From Selaginella moellendorffii (lineage: Eukaryota; Plantae; Lycopodiophyta): DNA of 64,000 nucleotides. Below, piece after piece: positions 1-11,051 of the stretch. The notes beneath the pieces are model-generated. The model was not told where the DNA came from, did not search any database, and saw only the letters and a list, made by a program, of their open reading frames with translations. Within the stretch, counting starts at the first letter, position 1, and each line of letters starts with the position of its first letter. The stretch is from positions 3,382,813 through 3,446,812 of the forward strand of contig NW_003314269.1 in NCBI RefSeq assembly GCF_000143415.4, given 5' to 3'. The position numbers were made by a program, and so were the translations under genes.

Positions 1-142
1 ATTTCTTTCAAGGTGATTTAGTAAAAGGCCTGAGGGCACATGCCATTCTATTTCTCAGACCGGTATTAAGATATACTAGTGCAAAGGGAAAAAGGTATTT
101 GGTGATCAAGTAAATGGCATGAGGGCACACGCCATTATAAGC

Positions 143-400
143 CTAAGCGCTAGTGGACACCTCCTTTTTGGTACTCTCAGCGGTACTATCATCCTTCTCC
201 GGGTCAGTTGTTTTGCTTTGGATTGTTGTCTCTGACGTTACTGGGGCGTTCTCGATAGTTGTTAATGTTGCCGTTTGTTCAGAAAAATGATCACCTGGAG
301 TATAGTACGGGGAGTTTGGAAGACTTATATATTCTACATCTTCACCTATCTCCTTCTCCGTCTCCTTTTCTGCCTCACTTACAGATTTTGTGCTTGCCAT
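143..400 (-). CDS. Small acidic/Thr-rich ORF, possibly a terminal exon of the transposase-side gene (copy A)
   Basis: MASTKSVSEAEKETEKEIGEDVEY...; identical ORF in copy B; no recognisable domain. Confidence 0.3.
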   Translation of the reverse strand: MASTKSVSEAEKETEKEIGEDVEYISLPNSPYYTPGDHFSEQTATLTTIENAPVTSETTIQSKTTDPEKDDSTAESTKKEVSTSA

Positions 401-1401
401 GAGAACGCTCTTCACCCTAAAATATGGAGTTCGTTGTGTTATAAAAGGAAACCAACACACACGCTGCAAGGGAATGATGGTACATAAAGCACGTAAGCCC
501 ACAATATGGGTTTATGTGCCATTAATATGGGCCACACGCCATATTATTAGATTTATGCACGTGTGATTGGTAAATGCATATGTCACATCATCTTTGTTTT
601 ACCTCACACACTATATCAGGCCTAATGAACCATATCACATGTGCGCACATGCTATATATATGGAGAAGTATTATGCAAGGATAGAAATTCAATGCATGAT
701 TGTGGAGAGCAATGGCATGAAGCCACATGCTAAATAACATTTTAGAGAAAGAATTAAAATAAAAACATGCAAACAGTACTAAGTGGACCAAGACTTAGAA
801 GTGCACAATTGAATGAGGTATTTCTAATAAATACTTCACTCACCTCATATAGGAATGGCTACCACTCTCAAATGGCGTATCGCCTCATGCCATCACCTCG
901 CAATTTGTTATAACAATCCGATGAATTCATATTCGGCTTGTTCACCTTGAACTTTAAGTAAGATTTGCTAGAACAACTAAGAATTTATACTTGTTATTTG
1001 TATCATCTCACCTAGGAATGGCGTAAGGCCACATGCCATCACGCCTCCTCTGATTCAGATTCGGATTGTTCACCTTGAAATAAAATACATTAGAAACTTA
1101 GTAAAGGAATATTAATGAATCTCACCTTGAACCCGGGTTATGAATGCTCTTGCTGCATCTCTTGCATGGTCTGGCAAGGTGATGGTGGCACTCTGCTTCC
1201 GCATCCAACCATGCACAACATTATCCACCGATATGCTTATGCTGGGATCCCTTGGATTCAGCACCCATCTCTTTTCTAGGCAATCGTTCGTATAATCTGG
1301 AACTTGGCTTGAACCACTCCACAGTTACATTGAAGGAGTTAGTTTCCGCGTCCTCCTCTGCATCAGTGATGCAGCGCCCCACCCATATCATTTGTTTTTT
1401 A

Positions 1402-1501
1402 NNNNNNNNNNNNNNNNNNNNNNNNNNNNNNNNNNNNNNNNNNNNNNNNNNNNNNNNNNNNNNNNNNNNNNNNNNNNNNNNNNNNNNNNNNNNNNNNNNN
1501 N
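1402..1501. other. Assembly gap (100 N, placeholder size)
   Basis: Run of N. The flanks map to 6909 and ~15370 of copy B, implying ~8.5 kb missing if copy A is complete. Confidence 0.95.
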
Positions 1502-1610
1502 GACTTCATGGAGCATATATTACAGTTGCCAAAGAAAACAGTATCTTCTCTACGAACCTGGTGAGTACGCACTTTAAGTTTAAATGTTATCTCACAAGCT
1601 CTGTATGCAG

Positions 1611-4600
1611 GAGCGTGTGCACCCCCAGATGCTGAAACGGCGTTAACAGCTACTGATGTTAGGCCGAGGTCACAACCTGCACAATGTAATGTCACTGTAA
1701 GCAACCAAAGGGAACGACTCGAGAGACGATCCATTGGGGGTTCAAATTATAGAGGGAAAGGGCCCATGAACAAGAGTGCACCCCCTTTTCCATCGGTTAA
1801 GGGTCTTGGGATATTTGGGGTTAAGCGTCCTTGGGTTTGAATAGTACTGGGCTGGGTGACCTCCCGGGAAGTCCAAACTCAGGAGCTTACATTTGGTATC
1901 GGAGCGGTCTCGGGTCCGACTCTGTTGGTTGGCTTAGGGGAATCGCACCACATGTTGATTGACATCTGGCTGGTCCAGTTTGCTCCCACTGGGCTCGACC
2001 CGAGGGGTAGGGTGTCAAGAGAGCGAGGCTCTCGGGAGAGCTGCGGCTCTCAGCTTCCGTTCACGAGGGCGTGAACTTGCAGGGAAGCGTGGTGGATTGT
2101 AAGCAACCAAAGGGAACGACTCGAGAGACGATCCATTGGGGTTCAAATATAGAGGGAAAGGGCCCATGAACAAGAGTGCACCCCCTTTTCCAATCGGTTA
2201 AGGGTCTTGGGATATTTGGGGTTAAGCGTCCTTGGGTTTGAATAGTACTGGGCTGGGTGACCTCCCGGGAAGTCCAAACTCATGAGCTTACAGTCACGTG
2301 AGGCCTCACGCCATTTTGATTATAGATCGTTGTGAATATTCAGACACGAGGACTGAAAAGCGCACTGGTGGCGCGTCGAAGAAGGACAAACAGACAAGCA
2401 ATAGGAAAAAAGGAGGTACAAATTATATTTGCAATGGCGTGTGGTCTCATGCCATTCCTTGCAGGAGACACTTCTTCAAAGGCAAAACAGGCAAGCACCA
2501 GCCAAGCTCAAACTGACAGTGGTCATAAAAAGCGAAAGCACGTTGGACAGTCGTCGGGATCAGAGGTGTTTGATTCGAAAAGGAAGAAGGGCAACGAAAA
2601 GATGATAGGTAATGCCTCGCGGTTATGGCGTGTGTGCTCATGCCATTCATTGTAGATCAAGGGCTGAGTGAAAGTAGGCAGTCACCACCTCCTGACTCAG
2701 ATTCCTATGGCGGACTCCCCTTCCCCAATCTCAATGGAGAGGTACAATGGATGAGGGATGCTTTTCAAGTCAGGGCCACGTTTTTCTCATCTCGTCATCT
2801 TCGAAGGGTGCAAGAACGTGCAGAAACCATGTTAAGACAGTCGGGTGAGGATACGGTCCTAGGTCACGCACTAAAACAGGCTATGGATGTCTTGTATTTT
2901 GAGATGGAGACTCGGCCAGATGATTTTTCCAAGATGGTCCTGGAAGAACAACCCATCCAGCCTGAGCAGCCTATGGAAGAAATGCAAGAGGGGGATGAGG
3001 AGCCAGAGAAAGATAATGAGCAGGAAGAGCAGAAGGACGAAGAGGAGGACAAAGAAGAGGAGGACGAAGAAGAGGAGGATGAAGAAGAGGAGGACGAAGA
3101 GGACTTGGATGGTCCTCACAATGGTGACGATCACAATAACGACGATGACGATGATGACGATGATGGCCAGCCTGAGGTGGCCAAAGAGCAGCGGAGGAAG
3201 GTCATACAAGACAAACCATCAGGTAAATAATAGTACATCCATTCCTAACCTTTTACCATTTCTAACATTGTCCATGTAGGTCGCAGAAGAAATGGTAAGT
3301 AGAGATTATTCAGTTGAATTAAGATACAAACTCTAGCCTTTAGTGTCGAGGAAGGATAGTGCCAAGCAAGGGTCGAAACGTATGTCCAATCCTTCAGAAT
3401 CAGCAGTGCGCCCAAGTGATATCGGTCCTAGTTCCTCAATAGCAGTTGATGGTAAATACAGTATAGTCGATTCAATGTGCTAATGAGTTTGTTTTTAGTA
3501 GCACGGGAGGATACCATCTCAATCGAAGGGAGATATTTGGACATGCATATGGATCCGCCAGTGGACTCTACTTGCCTGCAAGAGTCATCAGAGCTGGTGG
3601 AGGCTACTATCCATATCAACGCCAAGCAAGCTGACCACGCTCCACTTGATGCTGCCCATACCACTGAGTCAATCTTGTCCACGTATCCAACTGACGGTGA
3701 CCAGGCGCCATTGGACCCGCATGAGGCCGCCCCAGCCGCCGAGCCGGTCGTATCCTCATTTCCAACGTGTGCCCAATCGTCTGACTACGCGCCGTTGGAA
3801 CCTCCCTACACCGCCCCTGCTGCCTGTTCGGTCATGTCCACTTTGCCAACAGAGGCACCAGCTGAAATGGCGTGTGATCACACGCCATTGGAACCACCCC
3901 ATGCCACTGTTGAGCCAGTTGTACCAGAGTCTACAGCTGAAATGGCATGTGCCCACACGCCATCGGATGCGATTGACCCCACATTGCAGAGGAGAGTATT
4001 TCCGCCCTTCACGTTTCCTCGACCAAAACCCTCTGAACGACCATCGGGAGCACCATTCGCTAATATTGTAGATGGTAAAATTGACTTGTACCATTTTTTA
4101 TGCTAACGCATTTCATTTCAGAGTCACGGCGAAAGTACTGTATCGTTTTTGATCTGAACGGTGTCCTTTTCTCCCATGAGCGTGGCTCGTCCTCGAATGT
4201 CACTGCACCCTCCAAAGCCTGCGGTCGCAAGTTGGTCAAAAGAGACAGATTCACATTAATCACACGGGAGAAACTGCGGGATCTAATAATGACCATGCGA
4301 CACTTAAAACAGAGGGCCAGGTTCAATTTGCAATTGGGAGTTTGGACATCCATGATGCGCCACAATGCATTAACGTTGCTACAGATGATGCACGATCAGA
4401 CGCGAGTAATATTACCATTTGACTTTCTCCTAACGCAGGAGGATTGCTTGACTATGGTCCATGTGAGGGGTAGCAAGCCCATCTTCGTCAAGGCAGAGGC
4501 TGTAGTGATGAACCGGACTGCTAGGTTAAGTGAAATCCTCATCATCGATGACTCGCCGATTAAAACTGCAGCGAACACGCACACATATGCAGTGCACCCC

Positions 4601-4984
4601 ATCTCTTGCAGTATGGAAACTAGGGAGAAGAAACCGTATGTTCTGGGGGACCTTGCAAAACGGCTTGAAGCGATGGTGATAGAGAACCGGCCAGTCCAGG
4701 AGGTGGCTGCAGAAATCAACCAAATGGCAGATGGAACGGTATATCAGAAGCCATTTGATCGGACAGACACCAGTCATCATTTATGGCATGTATATTGTCT
4801 AGCCAAGCACTATCCGCATCTCCATAATCTGCTCAACCGGATGGGTTCTTCGACCACTGAACATGAGCGTGGACGTATTAGAGAAGAGATGGCATTACTA
4901 TTGGGTTTAAATCCTGATAGTGTGGAGAGTGATGAAATTCCAAGATTATTGTATAGGCGTTGGAGGCAAAAAATAACAGTCTGA
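1611..4984 (+). CDS. 3' exons (acidic linker, repeats, FCP1/NIF-like HAD domain) of the large fusion gene in copy A
   Basis: Same exon series as copy B, open where copy B has nonsense codons (CAG at 2391, CGA at 4038). Last exon has KYCIVFDLNGVL, VWTS and ILIIDDSPIK. Cassandra is inserted in an intron. Confidence 0.7.
1696..2292 (+). mobile_element. Cassandra-type TRIM (non-autonomous LTR retroelement with 5S rRNA-derived LTR segment)
   Basis: LTRs at 1696-1891 and 2098-2292 (TGTAAG...CTTACA). PBS TGGTATCGGAGC (tRNA-Met type) after LTR1, purine-rich tract before LTR2, 5-bp TSD GTCAC (1691-1695, 2293-2297). Absent from copy B. The LTR contains GTTAAGCGTCCTTGGG...AGTACTGGGCTGGGTGACCTCCCGGGAAGTCC, matching the plant 5S rRNA internal promoter region. 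Confidence 0.92.
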
Positions 4985-5650
4985 GATGGCATGTATTTAT
5001 TTAAAAATGTAACTTATTATGGCATGGGGTTCCATGCCATTGTATTAATATTAAAAGACAATTCTTTGAGAGGATTTGCATTATACTAGAAGTGTTACAG
5101 CATGTTATTGGAAGTCTACGAAGTTGTTTTATTAATAAGGGGAAAGTAAAGATTGAATGGGGACTTGGGCTCCACCTAGACTTGGAGCAACTGAGCCAAT
5201 ATTAAAAGGATGGAAAGAAATTGGACGATAATGACAAGGAGAAGAGAGAGGTGAAGCAGTGAGAAGTGATTGAGTAGACATTTCCTTGTTTAAAATAAAA
5301 TGGCATGTGCCTCAATGCAGTTGAATTTTGTTATATTTATATACTATATAAAGGTTTGGAAACCTTATTTTACAAGTGGGATAATGACAATTCCCACTTT
5401 AACGAAATAGAGCTTTTTGACCCTTAGTGTATTTTCATGAAACTAAATAACATTCATATTATTAAGGAATTTCTCTAGTACCTTTTTTTTACGACATAGA
5501 GGCTTGCATTTCTTTCAAAGGTGATTTAGTAAAAGGCCTGAGGGCACATGCCATTCTATTTCTCAGACCGGTATTAAGATATACTAGTGCAAAGGGAAAA
5601 AGGTATTTGGTGATCAAGTAAATGGCATGAGGGCACACGCCATTATAAGC

Positions 5651-5908
5651 CTAAGCGCTAGTGGACACCTCCTTTTTGGTACTCTCAGCGGTACTATCAT
5701 CCTTCTCCGGGTCAGTTGTTTTGCTTTGGATTGTTGTCTCTGACGTTACTGGGGCGTTCTCGATAGTTGTTAATGTTGCCGTTTGTTCAGAAAAATGATC
5801 ACCTGGAGTATAGTACGGGGAGTTTGGAAGACTTATATATTCTACATCTTCACCTATCTCCTTCTCCGTCTCCTTTTCTGCCTCACTTACAGATTTTGTG
5901 CTTGCCAT
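5651..5908 (-). CDS. Small acidic/Thr-rich ORF, possibly a terminal exon of the transposase-side gene (copy B)
   Basis: Same strand as, and downstream of, the transposase. A splice donor (CAAG|GTGAG) at 6634/6633 suggests extra 3' exons. Confidence 0.3.
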   Translation of the reverse strand: MASTKSVSEAEKETEKEIGEDVEYISLPNSPYYTPGDHFSEQTATLTTIENAPVTSETTIQSKTTDPEKDDSTAESTKKEVSTSA

Positions 5909-6619
5909 GAGAACGCTCTTCACCCTAAAATATGGAGTTCGTTGTGTTATAAAAGGAAACCAACACACACGCTGCAAGGGAATGATGGTACATAAAGCAC
6001 GTAAGCCCACAATATGGGTTTATGTGCCATTAATATGGGCCACACGCCATATTATTAGATTTATGCACGTATGATTGGTAAATGCATATGTCACATCATC
6101 TTTGTTTTACCTCACACACTATATCAGGCCTAATGAACCATATCACATGTGCGCACATGCTATATATATGGAGAAGTATTATGCAAGGATAGAAATTCAA
6201 TGCATGATTGTGGAGAGCAATGGCATGAAGCCACATGCTAAATAACATTTTAGAGAAAGAATTAAAATAAAAACATGCAAACAGTACTAAGTGGACCAAG
6301 ACTTAGAAGTGCACAATTGAATGAGGTATTTCTAATAAATACTTCACTCACCTCATATAGGAATGGCTACCACTCTCAAATGGCGTATCGCCTCATGCCA
6401 TCACCTCGCAATTTGTTATAACAATCCGATGAATTCATATTCGGCTTGTTCACCTTGAACTTTAAGTAAGATTTGCTAGAACAACTAAGAATTTATACTT
6501 GTTATTTGTATCATCTCACCTAGGAATGGCGTAAGGCCACATGCCATCACGCCTCCTCTGATTCAGATTCGGATTGTTCACCTTGAAATAAAATACATTA
6601 GAAACTTAGTAAAGGAATA

Positions 6620-9600
6620 TTAATGAATCTCACCTTGAACCCGGGTTATGAATGCTCTTGCTGCATCTCTTGCATGGTCTGGCAAGGTGATGGTGGCACT
6701 CTGCTTCCGCATCCAACCATGCACAACATTATCCACCGATATGCTTATGCTGGGATCCCTTGGATTCAGCACCCATCTCTTTTCTAGGCAATCGTTCGTA
6801 TATCTGGAACTTGGCTTGAACCACTCCACAGTTACATTGAAGGAGTTAGTTTCCGCGTCCTCCTCTGCATCAGTGATGCAGCGCCCCACCCATATCATTT
6901 GTTTTTTATTACTGGGTCTGACAAGCACGACCATTCCTTTGCAGACCTGTACTGGATTGAATGTTGAATCCGGCTTCTTGTTCCTCGGCCCACAATAGTG
7001 ATCCTCAACATCGTTATCTGTCACTGCATTTCCAGAGGACATTGTTCCGCTACTATCTGGTGCTCTGGGTTCTGGCCAAAAGGACTCTTCCAATTCTTCA
7101 TATACAACCGGCCCATTTTGGATAGCAGATATAATCTTCTCCCAGTATTCGAGCAAAGGCTTGCACCTCTGAAAATAGGATTCTCCACCAAACACCAACC
7201 CCCTCTTCCAGAAGGCAATATGCTGTCTAATCCCGGCCACTATACTTTCCTGGTCTTTGAGTCCATCCGGGTGCATCGGCCGTGGGGAACCCTGAGAAAT
7301 CATAGGTTCCCCAGTTATGGGATCTCTCTTGAAGAGTTCAATGCCGTCCACTGGCAGCCACACTGTGTCCCATTCTCTCATCTTGTACCTCATCACTGGA
7401 GCACCGTCACGCATGCTGAAATGAAACTGAAGAGGCTTGGAGTGGCCAATCAGCGTTTCGGATCCGTCCCTGATGTAGCCTCTTACAAACCCCTTAAAGT
7501 CTGGAACCTCTGTCAGAAGTGCAGCTTCAACAGTGCCTTTGATGCAATTTTGGAATTCATCGTAGAGTTGTGGGAGGGTGAGGACATTGGATCGCCGGAG
7601 GGACTCTGCCAGGTGACTGAACATGGCATCGACGTCTTCATGAGTGTGCCCAACCATGAGAAAGCCAAGTGTAACCGTTTCAAATATGCCTTTGGCAACA
7701 AGCATCGCCAAGTACGCGAAGACGTACATGTTTTTGTTCTCACTGCCAGCATTGTCTGTTTGGAGCAGAAGATGGGGTGGAAGGCCACATCAGCCGCAAG
7801 AACTTCCTTGAGATTCTGCTTCGTTTGGATGAGGCTGTGCATTCACCGGGCGACCAGCCTCGTCGGAATGACATGAGGCCTCACGTGATAACCCTACAAT
7901 CTGACGGCCAATATATTCACTGGGATGGCATGGGGCCCCACGCGATACTGCAAGCCTTTGCTCCTCCTCCAGCTGAACCCTGTATGGGGTTCGATCGACA
8001 AGGGCCTTATGCAAGGGTTGGCCGTTCAGCTCAGTCTGCGCACTTTGTAGAGACCTTAAGTGTTTTGCTAGGGACGCAATCATTATGTTTGCACCCCCGC
8101 CACCCCATAGAGGTACAAAGAAGTTCCCATAGTTCTGGGCACCATGCCCATGAGCGATTATGCCAAACAGAGACACAGGCAGCTGCATGGATGAAGAGAT
8201 TGCCTTGGGGGCAGGATTGAGTCGAGGTAAGCACGTCTTTTTCTGGTCCATTTTGTCGTGGATGATGCAGAGGTAAGAGTCAGGTCTCTCCATGGAGAGA
8301 ATCCTGTTATGATAATATGCAGTCCTGCAGCTTCTCTGCTCGATGTTGTGGTCAAGCCGCCTTCTAACCAACTCTCTCGCTCTTGAGCGCTGCAAGAATT
8401 CTTCGACAAAGCCATTTTGATAGCAGTGCACTCGTCACACTTTGAAAAGCTGGAGTACTTTCCTATACTCACATCCCTGAACCTGTTGCTCCACAATCTA
8501 CTAAATCTAGATTGGCTCAGCTTCCTGTAGCCATTACTCTAGAGTTCCCGATTCACATCTTCCAATATGGCCCCCTTGGTATACATGGAAGGGAGAACTC
8601 GTTGGGTGTCTCGTGTTCCATCTTCCAAGAGGCGGGTTTTATGTGGTTGCTGCTCGCTACATGTCTCGACAAACCTCTTGAAGATTGCCTCTCCATATAC
8701 AACATGACCCCTGGTTTTGTGCGTACTGTCGTTCCCATGGACTTCCTGTTGAACCCTTTGTTCCTCGAACTCAGTTTTGATTCTGTAGAATGTGGTTCGA
8801 GGGACTCCATAAATGATTCTCCATGCCTTCATGCAGACCAAACCCCTCTGGAAGACCATGCCCCCCACCTGATGTTCTGAAGCATCAACAGATGACCGTA
8901 ATGCCTCATACACAAAATTGCGAGCTGCCTTCCAGGACAATGTCTTGTATCTTGCTCTCTCCTCTTCAATAGCATCCCAATCAGCATGTTGACAGCACCT
9001 CCTCTTGCAACAAGCAACTGTCGAGACCATTCGAACCTCCATCGCCATTTTCTGCCTTTTCGGTTCTTTGCTCAGATCCCTTTGGCTGCGCTTTAGGAAG
9101 GTGTACTTTCTTTTCCCATGAAGAGATGTTCTGTCATCAGTTGTAGTGGTGTTTGATTGTGAATCCTTCACATTCTCAAACACTAAGTGCCTCAATTTCC
9201 ACCGCACAATGCTTCCAATAGTCAGACTGTTTTCTTCTGTGTCAACAACCTCTAAAATCGCAACTCCAATATCATCCCAGCCCAATTCTTGATTAGCAAC
9301 CGCATCTCTTGGATCGACAACTGTGGCTAAGCCCTCAGCTACCACCTCCCCCTCGGGGTTGTTTAGAAACACTTTTGCCTGAATCCATGTAGCACGGTTC
9401 TTAAGATCCACGGAGGGAACATGCGTCGCACTTGCGCTGTCCCCAACATCTGCTTTCTTCTGAAGATTTTTCAAGGCAACAACAACATTTACCCCGACGA
9501 CCATCTCTCCTCGTTCAATAGCGACCACATTCCCATCGAAGACAGTCTCTACTGATACAGCAGCATTGCCTTCCCCAAGCCTTTGACAGTGTATAACAAA

Positions 9601-9687
9601 GTTCCGATCCATAGACACAAGGGTCCCTTTTGCAACTCTCTTCCCACCATTCAAAATGTAAACCTTTTCCCCAACCCTGAAGGCCAT
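6620..9687 (-). pseudogene. Sola-like/DUF7869-type DDD transposase (~1,020 codons) with two N-terminal Tnp1/En/Spm-like domains; disrupted
   Basis: ORFs 8539-9687, 8158-8496, 7790-8431 and 6620-7729 join via an in-frame TAG (8539-8541), a frameshift near 8365 and an in-frame TGA (7790-7792). Motifs in order: CCKRRCC, VCMKAWRIIYGV, FSKCDEC, IIHDKMDQ, LLLQTDNAGSENKN, FLMVGHTHEDVDAMFS. Confidence 0.8.
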
Positions 9688-10051
9688 TCTGAAAGTGCAG
9701 AAAAGAAGTTAAGACCATACAAAAAATGATTGGAGAATGGCCTAAATCATAACATACCAAACAACCTCAATAGCATGAGGCCACATGCCATTATTCAAAC
9801 ATGCTATTGACTCCCACGTGAAATTTCGCATTCACAAAATTGGCATGAGGCCTCATGCCATCTTGATATACACACAGCTGCAGGCAAGTAAAAACATACA
9901 TGACAATACGCTAGCCATGAAATTGCAAGGGCCCAAGATGGCATGTGGCCTCATGCCATTTCTAAATGTGGTCCTAAGCCATTCCATGGTGAACATACCA
10001 GGAAGCACAAGTGCCGAATATCAAGAGGAAGCGGTAGCCACACCAAAGACA

Positions 10052-10190
10052 GTGCTGCTCGCAACACCGCAACTACTCGTAGCGCCGCTCGCAACACCGC
10101 AACTGCTCGTAGCGCCGCTCGCACAAACTGCCACTCGCATAAATTGCCACTCGCAATGGCGCTCGCAATGCCGCAACCGCTCGTAGACGC
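10052..10190. repeat. GC-rich ~30-bp tandem repeat upstream of the transposase
   Basis: GCGCCGCTCGCAACACCGCAACT(A/G)CTCGTA repeated ~2.5 times plus CTCGCA sub-repeats. Confidence 0.8.
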
Positions 10191-11018
10191 ATAAACCACA
10201 GCCCACAACGCCGCTTACACAAGCAGCGCTCACTGCGCTCAGCGGAACCAAGAACACGGCGCACAAAAATGATAGACCTAGGAATGAGTTCGAGAATTCA
10301 AAAATAACACACGCTTGAACGTCACATCAAATCCTCTGACAAACCAGATCTTATGATTCCTCTGACAAATTTCAAACTGAGTAGCTTCTAGACTTTGCTG
10401 TCGGAGGTTGAACTTTGTCACATCATGTCCTTGCCTCGATCCAGCTGTGCCATGTCAGTGATTCGAACTTTGCCATGCCATGTCAGCGATCCGCGCCAAG
10501 ATTATTCGCCGTGTAAAGGAATAATTATGCTGTGTGTGTACGTCCATTTATGGCAATATAAGGCCACACGCCATTCAAAGAATAATGCTCGACATAAGGC
10601 CACACGCCATTCAAAGAATAATGCTAGTCGAGCATTTTTTGGTGCATTTTTGGGTTCAAAATTGCATGAGCCCACACGCTATAAAGTTTACCTGTACCAA
10701 AAATAGAAACAGCTTTATTTACTTGGGAATTTAAGTGGTTGAGGCATTTTTAAACTTACAAACACATGCCCTACTTACATTCCTTTGGTTGCATAAAATT
10801 CAAAAATATTATAAACCTTTCTTTTTGCATTTTCAATGTTTTCAATTATGGTTTTTGATTTTCGTAGGACCAGCCTAGTAATCTATTTGCATCCCGTCAT
10901 GTTTATAGCTAGCTTTCGTTTGTCCCCTTCGCTAGCCTGAGATACATCTGCTCGGCATCTGCCTCTTACAGCATTTGCCCAGAAAGGGCATCTTTCTTCA
11001 CGCAGCATTTGCCACATG

Positions 11019-11051
11019 TTTAGGGTTTAGGGTTTAGGGTTTAGGGTTTAG
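11019..11051 (+). repeat. Interstitial plant telomeric repeat (TTTAGGG)4.7 / telo-box cluster
   Basis: TTTAGGG x4 followed by TTTAG. Confidence 0.9.

Larger units (their letters stand above)
1..5416. mobile_element. Copy A (partial, gapped) of the ~13.3-kb tandem transposon-like unit
   Basis: 1-1401 is near-identical to 5509-6909. After the N gap, 1502-1695 matches ~15370-15577 and 2293-5416 matches 15573-18707 (offset ~13,280) with scattered substitutions. Confidence 0.9.

Noticed and set aside
1-1401. Pure assembly artefact explaining the whole duplication
   Set aside because: This segment alone could be redundant, but 2293-5416 differs from copy B by substitutions, an 11-bp indel and the Cassandra insertion, and the unit junction is ungapped. 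A haplotype mis-join is not fully excluded.
1820-1874. 5S rRNA gene
   Set aside because: Only a ~55-nt internal portion, embedded in both LTRs of a TRIM; not a full 120-nt gene.
7620-7660. HUH endonuclease (Helitron/Replitron) from the GHTHED motif
   Set aside because: The context (DNxxxENKN upstream, GHTHEDVDxxF) fits a DDD transposase; no catalytic Tyr motif or helicase seen.
6998-7876. 292-aa plus-strand ORF and other long antisense ORFs (e.g. 39418-40335, 27879-28529)
   Set aside because: Shadow ORFs opposite real coding sequence, with no motifs.
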